A stretch of 64,000 bases of DNA from Tubulanus polymorphus (Eukaryota; Animalia; Nemertea), in contig NC_134026.1 in NCBI RefSeq assembly GCF_964204645.1, positions 10,377,950 through 10,441,949 on the forward strand, written 5' to 3'. The translations under genes and the position numbers were made by a program. This document shows, piece by piece, positions 13,904 to 29,700 of the stretch (position 1 is its first letter; each line of letters begins with the position of its first letter). The notes under the pieces were generated by a model that searched no databases, was not told where the DNA came from, and worked only from the letters and a program-made list of their open reading frames with translations.

Positions 13904-16900
13904 CTGAAAACAAGAAAGAAATTGCTTTAGATGGACTTGACTTTGGTCAGTTTCAACTTTTAATAAAACTCATTTATTATAACGAAAATTCTTGAATGAC
14001 ATCTAGGAAATAATGATTATCGGAATTTTAGACTCAATAATGTTTGTAATTTTAATAGATCCTGAGAGAAAATGATGTAAAACAACTTGCAACACACAGG
14101 ACAGCTTATTTTATAAACAAATGCTTCACAAAAGTCATGGAAAAACAAATGAAACCAAAATCTTTTGAAACGTACACTTAAAGTACGATATTGTCACATT
14201 ATTGGATACCTGATCTAAAACCACAGATCAAGTATGAAAGAAGTATGGAGTATAAAGAAAATTGATCTAAAACTCTCCACTGGGCCCAGTTTCCCAAAAA
14301 GGATTAAGTCCTAAATCGATCTAAGATAAGCTGAATTAATGAAGAAATTAAATCGATTTGAGAGTTAAACCTTTTTGTGAAACTGGGCCCTGGAGCAGTA
14401 ACAAGCTCAAATCTGGCTATTTTAGACACTGACATAACTGAAGTGGCCAACTAGGATGACCTACATAGATCTAAAACAGTAGAGCTCATTCTCCTAATGA
14501 CTTTAGTCCACATATCAAGTCATAAGAAAATCAGTATAAAACTGTAGACTATAGAATGGGAACAAGCCTCAAAATGGCTATTTCACACACCAAAATGACT
14601 GTGGTGGCCATCTTGGATGACTTATCCTATACGTTAAAAAAAATAAAGTTCATCCTTCTTCTATCGTAAAACCACAGATCAAGTTGTAAGAAAATTAGTC
14701 TGAAACTGTCGATTGTAGAGCGGGAACAAGCTCCAAAATGGGTATTTCACACACCAAAATGACTGTGGCAGCCATATTGGATAACCTACATAGGTCAAAA
14801 ACAATAGGAATCATCCTCCTCCAACCTAAAACACCTATATCAAGTCAAAAACCACAGGGACTTGTCACAATTGATACTGAATGAATAAAACCAATATCAA
14901 TGACCAGGTCCACTATCCCTGTATAATATAAAAAACAAGGGTGGCAACAAATTTTCAATCTGACAATGACTTCTCCACTTCAATCGACTGTAATTCCAAA
15001 AATTCTCAACCGATTCACATGAAATAAGCTTTAATACAACCTAGAAGACTTTCTGCTTCCAACGAGCCTTTAACCACCACTCTAGGACAATTATCTCACA
15101 ACGAAATCACCGTTTTTTGACGAGAGATAGCTCAAATTGGAGGTGTACCGATTCTATGGTGGACAGCAAAATGGTCGTATTTTTCACTTCAAACGATGAT
15201 TTCTATGTGAAATCTTAGAGATAACCCCAACAAACCATACATTTTTTAAAACTACGCGGTCATACCTGTACGCTTATCTCATTTATTTGTATAATCCACG
15301 CGATGGGTGAGCTCGCAAGCTCAAAATCGAACAAATATACGAAAAAGTCACCTCGCACTATCGCGCTGGCGGCCATTAATCACGTGACGTGCAGGTTCGG
15401 GCTATGTTAATAAAACCGCGACAAGTCTACGTCTGTAGACTTGAAAAAAGGAAATGTTTGCTAATAATACCACCCCTCAGACGAATGTTGCACTATATTT
15501 TCATAATACGGATATTTTATTAATTAACAGAACTTTTAATAAATTTTGTAATGTTTTTCGAAATCTCTAAGCCAATCAATGCGCGTGAAATATTTAGCCC
15601 GTTACTACGATATCACGTGATTAATGGCCGCCCAGTTGATGACAAGTTGAACGCCGTGTTCGTCCTCATTTTCGATTTTGAGCTTGTGAGCTCACCCATC
15701 GCGTGGATTATACAAATAAATGAGATAAGCGTACAGGTATGACCGCGTAGTTTTAAAAAATGTATGGTTTGTTGGGGTTTTCTCTAAGATCTCACATAGA
15801 AATCATCGTTTGAATTGAAAAAAACGACCATTTTGCTGTCCACCATAGAATCGGTACACCTCCATTTTGAGCTATCTCTCGTCAAAAAAAGGTGATTTCG
15901 TTGTGAGATAATTGTCGGAGAGTGGTGGTTGTAGGCTCGTTCGAAGCAGAAAGTCTTCTAGGTTGTATTAAAGCTTATTTCATGTGAATCGGTTGAGAAT
16001 TTTTGGAATTACAGTCGATTGAAGTGGAGAAGTCATTGTCAGATTGAAAATTTGTTGCCACCCTTGTTATTTTATTATACAGTTGCAGGGATACTGGTAC
16101 CCCCATCATTGGTCTCATCCATTATCAGTCGTGACAAGTCCCTGTGTCAAAAACGGCAAACTGTAGAATGGGAACAATATCTGGATGGCTGCCCTCCCGC
16201 TGGGCTAAAAAATGTCTCCATCTATAAGTTTGAATGATCAATAAAGGGAAAACAGATTATAAAGCATCGAATGTTTGAGGTAAGGGATGAAAATTCGGAA
16301 ATGAATATCATAAACACATAGGCCTACCTGTTTATGGCCAGAAAACATGAATCCCTCGGAGTTATCCATAATCACTTCGATTTCTTGTACGTACGCTGTT
16401 TTGTTGTGTATCGTATACGTAACTGGTAGACTTTCACGTACACTGCCATGAGATGGAAAATCTGCCTCGACGAACAAAGGAATATGCTCGACGGATATCG
16501 TTGGTAATGTCATCGTTGTCGTCACATATGGATGATCTTCTCCAGTGTTCTTTCTTTGGTAGAAAACAAAATACCCAAATATTTCACTATACATCTATCC
16601 TTTGAATTTATCAGTAGGTAATCAACTATTTCTATCATCGATTTCTCTAGATTTTGCGGCAAAGTTCGAAAGACAAGCACTTTCAACCCAACCTCCAAAT
16701 CAATAAAGCCTTATAGCTCTCCTAATGCACAAAAATCCTCTAAAATTAGGCAGTTACTACTGAAAATTTATCTACATCAATTTATGATTGTAGCATTTTT
16801 GTTTTCCTCCTGTTTGTATTGAGTCTCTGGTACATACGGTACCTTGTCAGATATACAAATTTCTCCCCGATTTGCCCTTATTCAAGATCTATTGCCCCAT

Positions 16901-19900
16901 TAAGGGCAAAAAATACTGTCAAATAAAAACCTGTATCCGTCCCTTACTTTACCTTTTCCAGTATACAGTATAAATCCCAAGTGGAATACTGGGTTGAATA
17001 GCGGGAGGTGATATTAGACAGTAACACTCGGCCGCGTGCTCGGACTTCTGCAGACACACCGAATCCAACAATGACTTAATATTTTCATCGCCAGCCTGTA
17101 CATAGTGGGACTGAAATACGCAAATGATATTCACCATAAAAGATAACATGCCAATACCACTAACTATACACACATGGAAATGACATGTCGCATTGTAGTC
17201 CGTACCAGTCTAAACGCTTTTTCTCCAAGTACCCTGCTATGCAGTGTATAATCCACCCACCCAATATTGCGTGTATCGTTACAGTGTCTCCATGTAATTG
17301 TTAATAAGCTTAAATCTCTATTGAAAGAAGATAGCACCTATCAAACATTAATATCAGTAACTAAATATAGCTGCACAGCGGTGATAACGGGTTTTCTGCA
17401 TTCATGACTCGGTTACTTGGGAGAAATAAATCTGTCCAAATCATAGTCACACAATGGGGAACTAATATCATTGCCGCCAAATACATTTGTTTTAATTTGA
17501 AGACCTTAAATACACCTTAAGACAGTGCGGATTTTGTTTCTGTTACATGAAAGCAATAAATCTTATTCAATTTAGCAACAGCATCATGAAACTAGCAGAA
17601 TGGCATCGTACAAAAAATAGTGGCTGTTTCATTTAAGTCATTCTGCCATGTTTAACAACAAACAGGGATTTTTTAGTGATTGCATATTCGTAAAAATTCC
17701 CATGCAGCATCGCTACATCATTTCTTCAAAATCAGGTAATGACAGCAATATTCAACTTTCAGTACGCGGAATGTGGAATAAAAAACTTTTTTAAACAGTC
17801 AACGGAATTATAAGGTTTTCAGTCAAACGATCAGAAAACCTTGATAATACACTGCACTGAAGTGGTAATATAGCCGTACATCCACTACATATCACTGCAG
17901 TGGAATTTTCCAAGATTTTCCAATTTCCCCAGCAATATTGGGTGGGAAACTGTAAGCAGCGTAAGGATTTATTTGTACTGACAATGAACAACTGGTGATA
18001 AAGAATGAACGATCATTTTCAATAGTACTCATTACAACTGTGTGTGCATTTCTTACACACCACACATTCTTTTTATCATAAATCATAGGTCCTGTGGTGT
18101 GGTTATAAAGAATTCTTCGCTTTTATGACTATCGAACGATTCTAGTAGACCAAATGAGATACAAGTTTTATTCATCTTTTCATAGCCTAAATCATATTTC
18201 CTATCTTACCAGTTTAACTTCACTAGTTAGGATTTCAATAGGCCATGGCGATGTACAATGAATACCGCAGTGCAAGAAGAAAGGCTCATCAGCATGTACA
18301 CATTCAATAGTTTCAAACTGAAATACAAAAGAAAATTGGGGTTGGCAATGGTACTTCCACATGCAATATTTTGTAGCCATAATCAGTTGCAAATTCGTGA
18401 CATGTTTCATGATTGTGTCAAGTTTCAAAGTAATAATTGATGCCTGTATTAGTTTACCAGCGGTTTTTGAAGATTGTTAATCCTTTCACCTAGTGGGTAT
18501 GGTGCCCCTAGACCCTTCGTTTAAGCTACAAGTACCGGAAACTGATACATCTACTTTCAAGACACATTCAAATTACAAACCAGCATCCGTCAACAGAGGT
18601 GTCCTTCAATTTTTGCGTTGTTCATTATTGGCTCATGAGACATTGAGCCTTTAAGTTCTAACATATGAGTTTTCAGACTTATGGTCAGTTTATTGAACAT
18701 TTCTGTCAATTTTCATGAAGTATTTACTGGTATTGATGTTTGAACAATTGCGTATATCATAATGATGACAATTTATGGGTTGTCCTAAATTGAGATGATT
18801 TTGTATTTCAGTTGACTGATATTTCATTTGATACGTACAAACCGGGCCTCCACAGGAAAAGAGTTAAATTGATAATATTTATGAAAATCCACAGTCAAAT
18901 GATACAACCATGAGCCATGAAATCGATTTATATAATCGATGTACAGATGATCACTGAAACAATTTGGTATATGAGTTAAATGAGCATTTACAAGTTCTAC
19001 TATTGGTTGTTATGGGATGAGGGGAGGGGAGATTTCTAATGAGTCGAAGGAGATGGTTGCTCTGCATCTGTATAAATTGTGATCACCTCTTCTTCAGGAA
19101 GGATTTATTGTTTTCTGTTTTCATTTAGCATACCCTATTTACGTACTTTGAGAGAATTCAGCTTCACAGAGACTTCAAATGGAGCAACAGTTGATAGATT
19201 CACTTGTTGCTCTTTTTGGCAAGTGCAGCTGATGATTTTACCATCAACTTCCGCTTCGACATCGTAAACAATCTAGCAAAAAGCAAGTCACGAATTAAAG
19301 GTTTTTTATACATACGTCACGACATTAGCTTTCATCACACAAATTCACCAGATAGCTTCATTTCATATACATGATAAATGGTAACATCGTTATGAATCTT
19401 TAAACAGCACTTAATGTAATGAATTCATAGCATGTCAATTAATAAGAAAATGATTAACCACTTCAGTGCTTAAGATAACTTAATTGATTGGCAATTAAAA
19501 CTGAACTATTTTTACCACTAAGTGCCAGGTTTTTCTCATGCAAAGGGAGCTAAGTTTACCAATTTTGTGCAGAAGTTTAATTTCTTTCACCAATAATGAA
19601 TTAATAATGAGAAATGAATTTATTTCATTTGAAACTTAATTCTACCGGTATATAATAAACTTTTTTTCTGTTCCCTACCATTTCATTCCGTTTTATTGTG
19701 GCCCCTGGCCCTGAACCATTCTAAGTAATAATTACTGATTAAATATACATCATACCCCGCCAGTTGGCACTTTTGGTTGCCAAACGTTGATTATTTAAAA
19801 GTTAATCCCATTTGAGAAACTGGTCCCTGATAAATAACAAGTTGGGGAGGGCCTGATTTTATCATTATTAATTTAGTTAATTTGAATAAACAAACAAAAA

Positions 19901-20748
19901 ATTGCTAAGAGTACAGAAAGAAATTAACAATATATGTGTACATACATGTATGTATGAATAAATGAAAATATGTTGGATGAAATAAATATCAATTACAATT
20001 ATGGCATGGTTTTTAACTCAGACCCTTATATGAAATACCAGATTTTTTCAGAGTTGTTTATTTGAATTAACGAGAATACCCAAATTCAGGAATCGCACAA
20101 GAGGCAGTTTCATAGCTCTTCATATATTTACGCTTTTCAAAATATGATTTAGCACGTACCTTGACAAATATGAGTCTATCACCTCTCTGCATACATTTCA
20201 AATACATCATAGTTTTTGACTGAAAATATTATCAACACATACTACGTAAAGGTTAAAAGTATGATCAAGACTGAGGCATTCTATTTTAGCATTGCACTTC
20301 ATGAACCCGAAATCGAACGGGACCTTTTTGAGTCATGCATCCTCATCATCATCTTAGGTCATCCCTTATCGGTTTTTGAGCGTACATTTATGATATATTT
20401 ATCTGAGAATTTTGGATGTACATTTACGCCCATGTCAACACCCATCGTCTGAGCGCTTTGGACATAATTATGTGTCCGTGTTGTTATTTGGTCTGCCTGA
20501 TATGCGATAGATGTCATGAGGGTCTTCATTCAAAACAAACATGGTAGCTCCAGAGAAGGTGGAATTTTCAAAGGTTGTGCAATTAATATAAACCCTGGGA
20601 AAATGGACCCCAGAAACAATCGAAACCTTATAAGGGGTTCAACAGCTTGACAATCATATAATGATTTTCGAGGTCCTGATGATTGTCATGTATAATGAAT
20701 GATATATAACTAGTTATGAGTTTATATTTGTACTTTGGTAATCATCTA

Positions 20749-20782
<34 letters not shown>

Positions 20783-23700
20783 CAATAGAAGACTTATGCA
20801 ACTACCAATGAGACACCCGACACCTGCCACCTCAGGTTCGAAGTGCATTTGATGTCAGAACGATGTGAATGATGAGAATGTCGATAATATGCTGAGTGAA
20901 ACTCAATATCAAATGGCGAAATTCAATCTTTACTAGATTTAGGTCTGGTTACCAGTAGTAATTTTCTGGTAGTCCAGCGTGCATTCGAATTCTAAATTCA
21001 ACTTGAAATAACTTAATAGTCAGTAACTGACTATTTATCATTAAAAGCATCATCAAAATGATATCAATGAGTTAGTGCACATAAATGGCGAATGTCTGGA
21101 AGCTAGAACATAATTCCGGCCAATGCTTGATATCAATTATTTTTTAAAGTCAAAATCTTGTGAAATAGATTATATATGTATCTAAAGGGGCGAAAATCAT
21201 TTCAAAAACCTCTGTTAGGTGATCATTAGGTTATCGTAAATCAGTTGAGTCACTATAGCATATACTGAGCTATAGCTGTTTTTTAAAATGACCATTCTTG
21301 CTATTTGATTTGTCACTCCCTAACTGTTCAGAGTTGTACTGTTGGTCATTTTTTCGTCATCAATCAAAAAAATCTGTGATATAGATTATTTCTGCTTCAA
21401 ATTACTTGTAGATCTAAACACTCAATTATGAATCAAATATCTACATGTATATCTAAAAGATGTTATTTCCATGTAAGCACATACCTGTTCTCCAGGTTGC
21501 AGGTCAGCCAATGATATTTCCTTTCTTCTGGAAACGACTTTGCCATCAAATTCAGCTTTATCCAATGTCATAAGAGCTGCAACAAAAAATACAGACATTA
21601 CCGCCAAACCCATTTGCTTCAGATCAACATTGGACCAAGTTCCAAAGTTTTGGTTTAGGCCTATAAGAGTTCAATATTTTCAAACTCAACCAAATGTACC
21701 TCACACTTGTGGAAGTAGGCCCTTATTTTACTCATCTAATATTTTCAGTACACCATAAAATGCAATGTATTCATGTATATGATATGTTTCTTTTAAATGT
21801 GCATGTCGTTTTGTTGGCTTGAAATATTTCGATGAAAAGCGTTTTTTGTGGTTTTAAATACCAGGAGTGGTATGTACTCAGGTTTAAGTTTTTGTAGACT
21901 GGATTGTAGTCCATAGCCCTGACCCATAATTGCAGAATTAAATCAGAGCTGAATAGAACTACGTAAATATATCCATACATACTAGTTTGTTCAAGCATTG
22001 CATCTTGTCCCTCGTTTAGTCCAGCCGACAAACTGAGGCACGTTATTTTCCCAGCTTCGCTGTTATTTATTGCAATTTGAATAGCGTAGAATTCATTAAC
22101 TAAAGATGGTGGGGCGTGATCCAGTACAATGTCTATTTGAGCCTGGCGAGGAAGAATGCTGTAAAGAAATATAGATTTCATTAGATATCTTTAGACAACC
22201 CGCACAAGAATATCGCGCAAATAGTTTGAATCTTGTCTGTCCAGTACAGCTTGGAATTCCAGCATTGAAAAGAGCATGTCAAACACATATGAAAGATAAC
22301 ATGTACAACATAAATCTATGTTTATGATTAATGAACCATGATTAATGAACCATGCATATATTAGTTTCAAATACCCAGTATCATAATGGAAAATGAATGC
22401 CTGGCAAAATGATATTGTGGGTAGTTCATTGGTCGGAGGCTCATATCAGCTACTGTGTTGTAAATGTTGAAAATCCCTTCCCAAAATATACACATCACAG
22501 AGTTCAATGAAAAATTGCAGTCAGTTGTAACTGGTAGTAAGCTACGGGTCTTGGAATTCAGGCCAGAAATGACTTTTTAAGCACAGAAAAGATCACAGGG
22601 CAGCCATCTCGTTTCCGATCGACCAAAATTTTTCTATGATGATAGGCCTTAAGATATGATATGAAACATCAAGAAAATTGATCCTCTCTTCCTCAGCCTC
22701 TTCAAATTATCCATTGAAAACTTAATTATGTTTAAAGTGCTGATCTTGGCAAACAACTATAGCGGCCAGTCAGCCATCTTGATTATGATCTTGGAGTTGT
22801 GATTGGGCCAGTTGTTTGGATATACTGGGAGTAATCACTTGTCAAATGCCAAGGGCTATGGATGAGAGTGTATAAACCAAATATCAGGACAATCCATTGA
22901 AGTGTCTTCAAAACTTCCCAAAATAACTGGATTCCGTCTACAGATGAACGGATGAAGACAGAAAGCACTAGCTCGTTGGGCCCCCTGAACTTTCTAGCTT
23001 ACTCATATAAACTCTCCTGAAATCTGTCAAAAATTATCAACTATCATTTCCTTTCCCTTCATTTCTTCATTTTCCTTTCGTTCCTTTTCTTTTACAGAAA
23101 GCTACTTTTCTCTCTCTTTTATAATTGTGCTTGTTTAAAAATTGTTTGCACTTGTTTAAAAACTTGAACTTGACTTAAGTCCCATACAGGCTGACAAATT
23201 GACAAAGGCAGCACTTATTAGAAAGCTCCAATTTCTTCTCTAACGGAGAGAAGCACTTACGTGGTAACTGGATTGACTGATATTCGTTCCCATGGTGCAA
23301 CCGTGACATCGTCAACAGGTTGGAGATAGCATCCTTCACAACCTGGGTGTAGCTGTTGAACTAGTGCTTCACCGGACCAATGTAAAACCGCACAGCGAGT
23401 CGTTTCGCTGCCTAGTTCTAATGCAACTGATGTTATCTGAAATTAGGATAGAGCGAATCATTAAGCTCTCAAGAATTTGCACAAATCTTAATTGAAGTAT
23501 GTTTCATTAAGACATGTCCTTTTGAAAATCCATTTCAAAAAGAAGTGTAAATGAGTTTACTGGAGTTTAAAATGTGTCCTATCTAATTTTCTGATACCCC
23601 AAAAATAGGCCATGTGGCCTCAGAGAAATGGTCTTTTTTCTAACTTCTGACAAAAATAATTAAAACAATAGTTATACACGTGGTTTGTGCCATCAAAGTT

Positions 23701-26700
23701 TAACACCCTTTTTGCCCCAAAAAGATTCTACCACTCAGATGGTCCTAATAAGCAGAAATATAAACAGACCTCGATTTTTTTGCCAACATCTTCTTTCTGT
23801 GGAAGAAATGAGAAGGAATGAAGCGAGACTTGATTTGGCATCAAATTCAGGCTCTCCATGTCCGCCGTATCACTGCTCGCTATACAAAACTGGTTGTAAT
23901 ACTGAAAAAGAATCCATACTAATTTTCATCACCATGATCAGCATTTTGTATCGAAACTAATATGAAAATTTTAACACTCATTTCCTCATTCATTTGGGCA
24001 ACAACTATCTGAATCTGAATGTACTGTGCTGCCAGGAAGGAGTTCTGGTGAGTGGTTGGCAGGTGAGAGAGGCTTATTGTGTAAGGTTAGCAATAGCGGA
24101 GCCTGGCTCGACGGTAGTGTCATCTAAATTGTTCCATGGTTCCATACAAAGAACAATTTCTTGTAGGTTTTTGCTGGTGGGACTTTGCAGCATTTCATAT
24201 AATCAACTATAAGGTACTACACATATTTCTTTTTCTTGTACCTGAATAACAATTCATTCTTTAATCAAAAGCTTAATGTTTTCTTGTAAATTGGTATCAG
24301 CCCAGTCATCAATGGGCTACAGTCAAGAACGAAATGGCTTCTTACGTCCAATAAGAAAATATTCTCATCTAAAATATATAGCATGATTGTATAGAATAGG
24401 ATTTACTTACAGCATTATTGAGCAATATTGAAAGCTTGCTGAACTGAATCGGAAATTGGCAGTGAGCTCTGAAATAGAAAACGAATCATATTAAACATGT
24501 TATCCAAACACAATGGCTTGCTCCGATGTTCACTGAAAACTACGAGATATCGCATACACTAGCAGGGTTGTCATTTGCAGCCGGAAACCGGTTAAATTAG
24601 CCGTCTATTAAGTATCAATAAACCGGCTACTCAAAACCTCAAAGTTTTCTCTCAGCTGTTGTCCGCGCCACCCGGTAGACGCGCGTCCAGCCAGGGCCGG
24701 AATGCGGGCCGGTTTCGCGAGCTAACTGTGGCAATCGACTCCACAGCCAAAATCGCGCTCAAGGTCAGACGATCACTACACTGAATGAAATGTCAGAAAA
24801 TGTCCGGGGCAACAGACGCTAGGATTTTTTGGGTTCTGTAAACGCCAGAATATTGTTAAAATATGATCGTTAGCCATTACGAATCGCGTTCAACAACAAA
24901 GCTTCCTTAAACTAGCACTTAATTATCGCGCATTTTCCAGCGATAAACCCGGAAGTAATTTGACATTTCTTTCATTCCAATCCTACTTTCGTTTTCAAAA
25001 GTAGGGATGGTATTTGATTTAGGCGTTCTAGTCAGCAAAGTTTAATAGAAATTACTTGCTTATTTGAGCCACCCACCCGTACCATTTATAAATTCAGTAA
25101 AACGAAAGGCCTAAGATGTGTCCTACCTATAATAATTTAAATAATGATTCTTACAAAAAAATTCACTCAATATTTTTAGTTACTGATAACGAGTCAGAAT
25201 CAGCAGTAAGCGTAGATTCTACACAATTGCCACCAAATGACGACAACAACAATCAGCTCGATAACCTTATAACCGAAGATACTGGTGTTATGAACCATCT
25301 ACTTTGGTGAATTACCCACCTATTCAAAAACTAAATGACAACCCTGCACTAGACGTATCGGCCCCACTCCGCACGGTGGCGCCACCGCGCGGGATTTACG
25401 CGAAGCAGCAAACACAAACATGGCAAGTCTCTCAATTTTCAATGATAGAAATCGTGTGTGCATTTCAATTATTTCGGCTGTTAGGGTTTTAAGGCACAAT
25501 ATAAGTTGATTATGTGATATGGCGATGTTAATTAATGATAATTCCGCAGTGAAGCTAGTGACGAACGGTGCCGATTGAGTGTACAGCTGCCAAAAACACT
25601 GAAATGTGCGTGGTTGCGTAACTATTGCAGTGAATTGCAGACGAAACATGAAGCCTTAACGGCCGTTAAAAAGAAAATTATACCAATGGCAATTGTAAAA
25701 TAAAAATGAGATAGAACCTAACTTAAAATTCTGGCCATTTCTAAAATGTTATTACTAATTTTTAGTCAGTGCCGAACGTTTAGTTTTCCAACAATAATGA
25801 GGGGTGGTAGGTAGTCATGTAATTCAAGTCATCATTTATTACACGTTACTTCCGTGTTGTTGAAAATCTCGCGAGTCCTGGACCAAACCCCATTGAACAA
25901 TGTGATCTGTGTGCTGGCCACAAATGCACACAGATCACACTACACTACCCATTACACACTCCAGTACCCACAGCTTTCATATATCCATCCAAATATTCAG
26001 AGTGTCTTTGTTCCTGGATTCTCCTTGTTCACTGCTAACTGACATTCACTAAAGATCATCGTCACAGTGAGCAATTGGATTTTAACTTTAAAGGGCAAGT
26101 GCCCTCGAAATTGTGCTTTCCGTGATTACTTAACCAGAAGAAACTTAAGTATATATAAAACGACCTGAGATCTGTCTGATTGATAAAAAGTATCTCTAAT
26201 AAGTCGTAAATTAGTCATTTACTCATCCTTCACTCAGTGCGTATAGTTCACATACAACCCGCCGTGGCGCTATTTATGAAGTTATCTATGACAATAAACA
26301 CAAGCATGTGTGCGTGTGTGCGCGCGCGCACGTGTGTGGGTGCATGCGTGCGTGTTTTGCCGATTTAAAAGTCGTATTTCTCAGTAATGCCGCAAATAAA
26401 GTTCAAACCAGTTCTATATTTTTTGTGAATACATCACATTTGAAAATGAATTTTAGACAATATTCTATTTTGATGGCATTTGCTCTTTAAGATTTATATA
26501 AAGTGGGTTTTGCATCTATTACAAGATAACTCATAGCATAGAACTCAAATCAATTTGATTCGAGTTCTATGCTTGTAGCAGCAGCTGGGAGGATCATGGT
26601 GACATCGAAACAAGTCAAACTGAATAATCTGAACAGATTTGATGTTAATTTTACCTCAAGAAAACCTGCAATACCACAGCATTATCAGCTCTGAACGAAC

Positions 26701-29700
26701 TACAAGTGAATCTGGCCTTACATTCAGCTGTAGAAATAAACAATTTCTAATTACATATGCATCCAAAGAATATAAACGGAAGAGAAACATGATAGCAGTA
26801 GGGTAGGGGCACACACTAGATAGCATTACTAAACTGCTGTCAGAACAAGTTCAATGAATTTTGATCAGGATTTTCTGGCTTCCTAATCAAAATATTATCA
26901 AAGAAGAAATAGATATGACACTGACCTTTCTAATCAGAGTTTGGCAAAGCATTAATTGATAATCGATTTACTTATGTGGAAATTGCTATGATTTTAATGG
27001 AAATATAGAATAAATGAATATGGCAGATCCTCGAATGCCATATTAGCTGGTACCCATTAAATTTTTTGTGAAATGAAATGTACCAAAAGGAATGATATTG
27101 TTCATCTCGACGGTGAATATGCACGGTTCTGGAACAGATGGTGGTGAACTAGATGACTCCGCCAAGCTTGAGTTCCATAGATTAATTGCTTTCTCGATAC
27201 AATCATTGTCGCAGCCGGGCTCTGGATCTGGGGCCTCATTCTGAAAATACAAAAGACAATCGGGTGAATAAAATCATAATCATAAATATGCTATATGCAA
27301 GTATTTTGAGTACTCAAATTCAGTTAATCTAGATTTCGATCTAAAGCAGACATTGTTCAAAGTTCTCTCATAGCAAGTATAAAATACGCGTTTAAATCCT
27401 AATTTCTCATCAACTCAATTCATTTACCCCATTACACATCTCTTAATTCACATACACAGCCAGTCAGCCATCTTGAAAGGTCATTTAATTTCAAAAGATT
27501 CCATACAAAACTAGAAAATACACCCTGAGCGTATGTCGACCTATTTATGATAGTAGGAAATGAAAAATACAAAACAGCTTCCATAAAATTTCACCAAGTT
27601 TTCTTACACCTTTCATGAGTTAGAGCTTGGAAACAAGAATTACAAAATCTAACACAGCACAACTGTTGAATTTCAGGAAAATCAGTTAAAGGGTTTAAGT
27701 GCTAGGGTATGGAAACCTCTGCGGCCAGACAGCCAGATGGATGGATGATGAAGTGAATACAGTATCCCCCCATAGCACAAGGCATAAAAACATATCCTGT
27801 TCATTAGAAATGCACAGATGGATGGACGGTATAGTCCCCATTCTGGTTAGTGGAGCCCATGATAGGACAATAGCTACCATAGTAACAATGAGAAACAATA
27901 GCAATAATTGACATACGTGTTTCAAAATGTTCCCAGTGCCCCTCCCCACACCTATGAAAACGTCAATGGAACCCCATCGAGATCAAAATCAGATATCTGG
28001 ATTAAGCAGGGATTACTGTAGTCATGTCTAGGTCATACATTCTAGGTCATACATGTACATACGTTCATAACTTTGTTCAGATTATTCTGAAGACGTTTCT
28101 TTTCCTCCGATGACAACAGAATTCCGTCTGCCATCAATTCCATGCAAATTGTGACATATTCTTGAACATTGCCGACCAGATACGCACACCTCAGCGATGT
28201 TATCAGTATCGACGTCAGCAACGGCCACCACCGTTCATTGCGATAATCCCATGTTACACGACTCAGAATCCTACATTTGAAATACATCGAATAGATTCTG
28301 CCAGGATTGCTAATAAGTAGTTAGATCTTCTGCATTTATTCAAAATTTCTCTTCGGCAAACCAATTATGAATATAAAACTTTTACTGAATGAATTATCTT
28401 TCCTAGGTCATAATATCAGCATTTTGGGAGCCTAAATCCAAATGACGTTGGTGGAAAAACTTAACTGATTTTGATAACAAGTAAGATTGACTGTTAAGTA
28501 ATGAAATCTAGCGAGGAAGCATGGGCAACAGTTCCATCGCAATCATTCAGTGCATACATACGTTAATGCCTTGTTATAGTCTTTAGCATGATAATATTCT
28601 TCTCCCATTTGAACCACTAAAACCAATAAAAGACAATGACATTACAGTTTTTCAACAAGGCATGGTTTCAGGGGCGGATCTAGCCTAGATTTTTGTCTTA
28701 GGGACCTAGAAAATTGTCATAGAAAATTTTGAATTTCTCTGCGATGCAATCTGAGTCAATTTGGGGCATCAAGTCCTTCTCTGCATCCACGAAATATGAC
28801 ATTTTGACATTCTAAAGAAAAATCATGAAGTTTACCCATTTTCGATTATTCAAATTGACCATGTTGATAACCAGAACTTGAACAAGAAAATTAATTCAAA
28901 AAAATTATTTGACGCCTGTGAAAAAAATGTAGAATTTTTGGGATAAGCTAATGTGGGATTGCAAATTTGAAATCGAAGTTTTAAGAAACTTGAGGAATTA
29001 CGAGATTTGGCTGCCAGTCGATATCCTCTTTAGTCTGGGTTTAAGTATTGTATTTGGGAATGTGATGTTAAACCTAAGGATCAATAAAGAATTGAATTGA
29101 ATTGTTACCCGATTCACATGTTGGAAAAATTCACTCTTAGAAGTATATTCATTTATATGTACATATTTATCAATCCGTCTGGAATAGTCTCAAAAGCCCA
29201 TAAAATGTGACTGTGCCTTTATATTTGATTCTATGTTGTATTCATTGTATTGTATTCAGTAAACTTCTGCTACTGTACAAGACTATAGCTGAAATAGTTG
29301 AATTAACATGAATGTTTTTGTCACTGCTGTTTTATAAGCCAGTGTAAACCTTTGTAAGACTCAGAGCGGACTTGGATATCACATGAGGTAGACTAGACAG
29401 ATATCACATATTTCAACAACACATGCCATCAGTGGACACAGAGCTGTATACGACAGCTAATTGCTAATGGGATTGTTCTCATGAAACCTACAAAATTACC
29501 CCAAATATCGAACATATTTTCTAAAACATTCGAATATCTAAATAATATGTTTACACATTTTTATATTGACCGCTTGTAGCTGCCGATAAAATTCATGCCG
29601 GCCCTACACAGATCGTAGATAGCTTTGTCAATCCACCAGCATCCCCATATCATATTTTCCATCTTACTTTTATATCAGACTTCCACATCCAGTATACATC

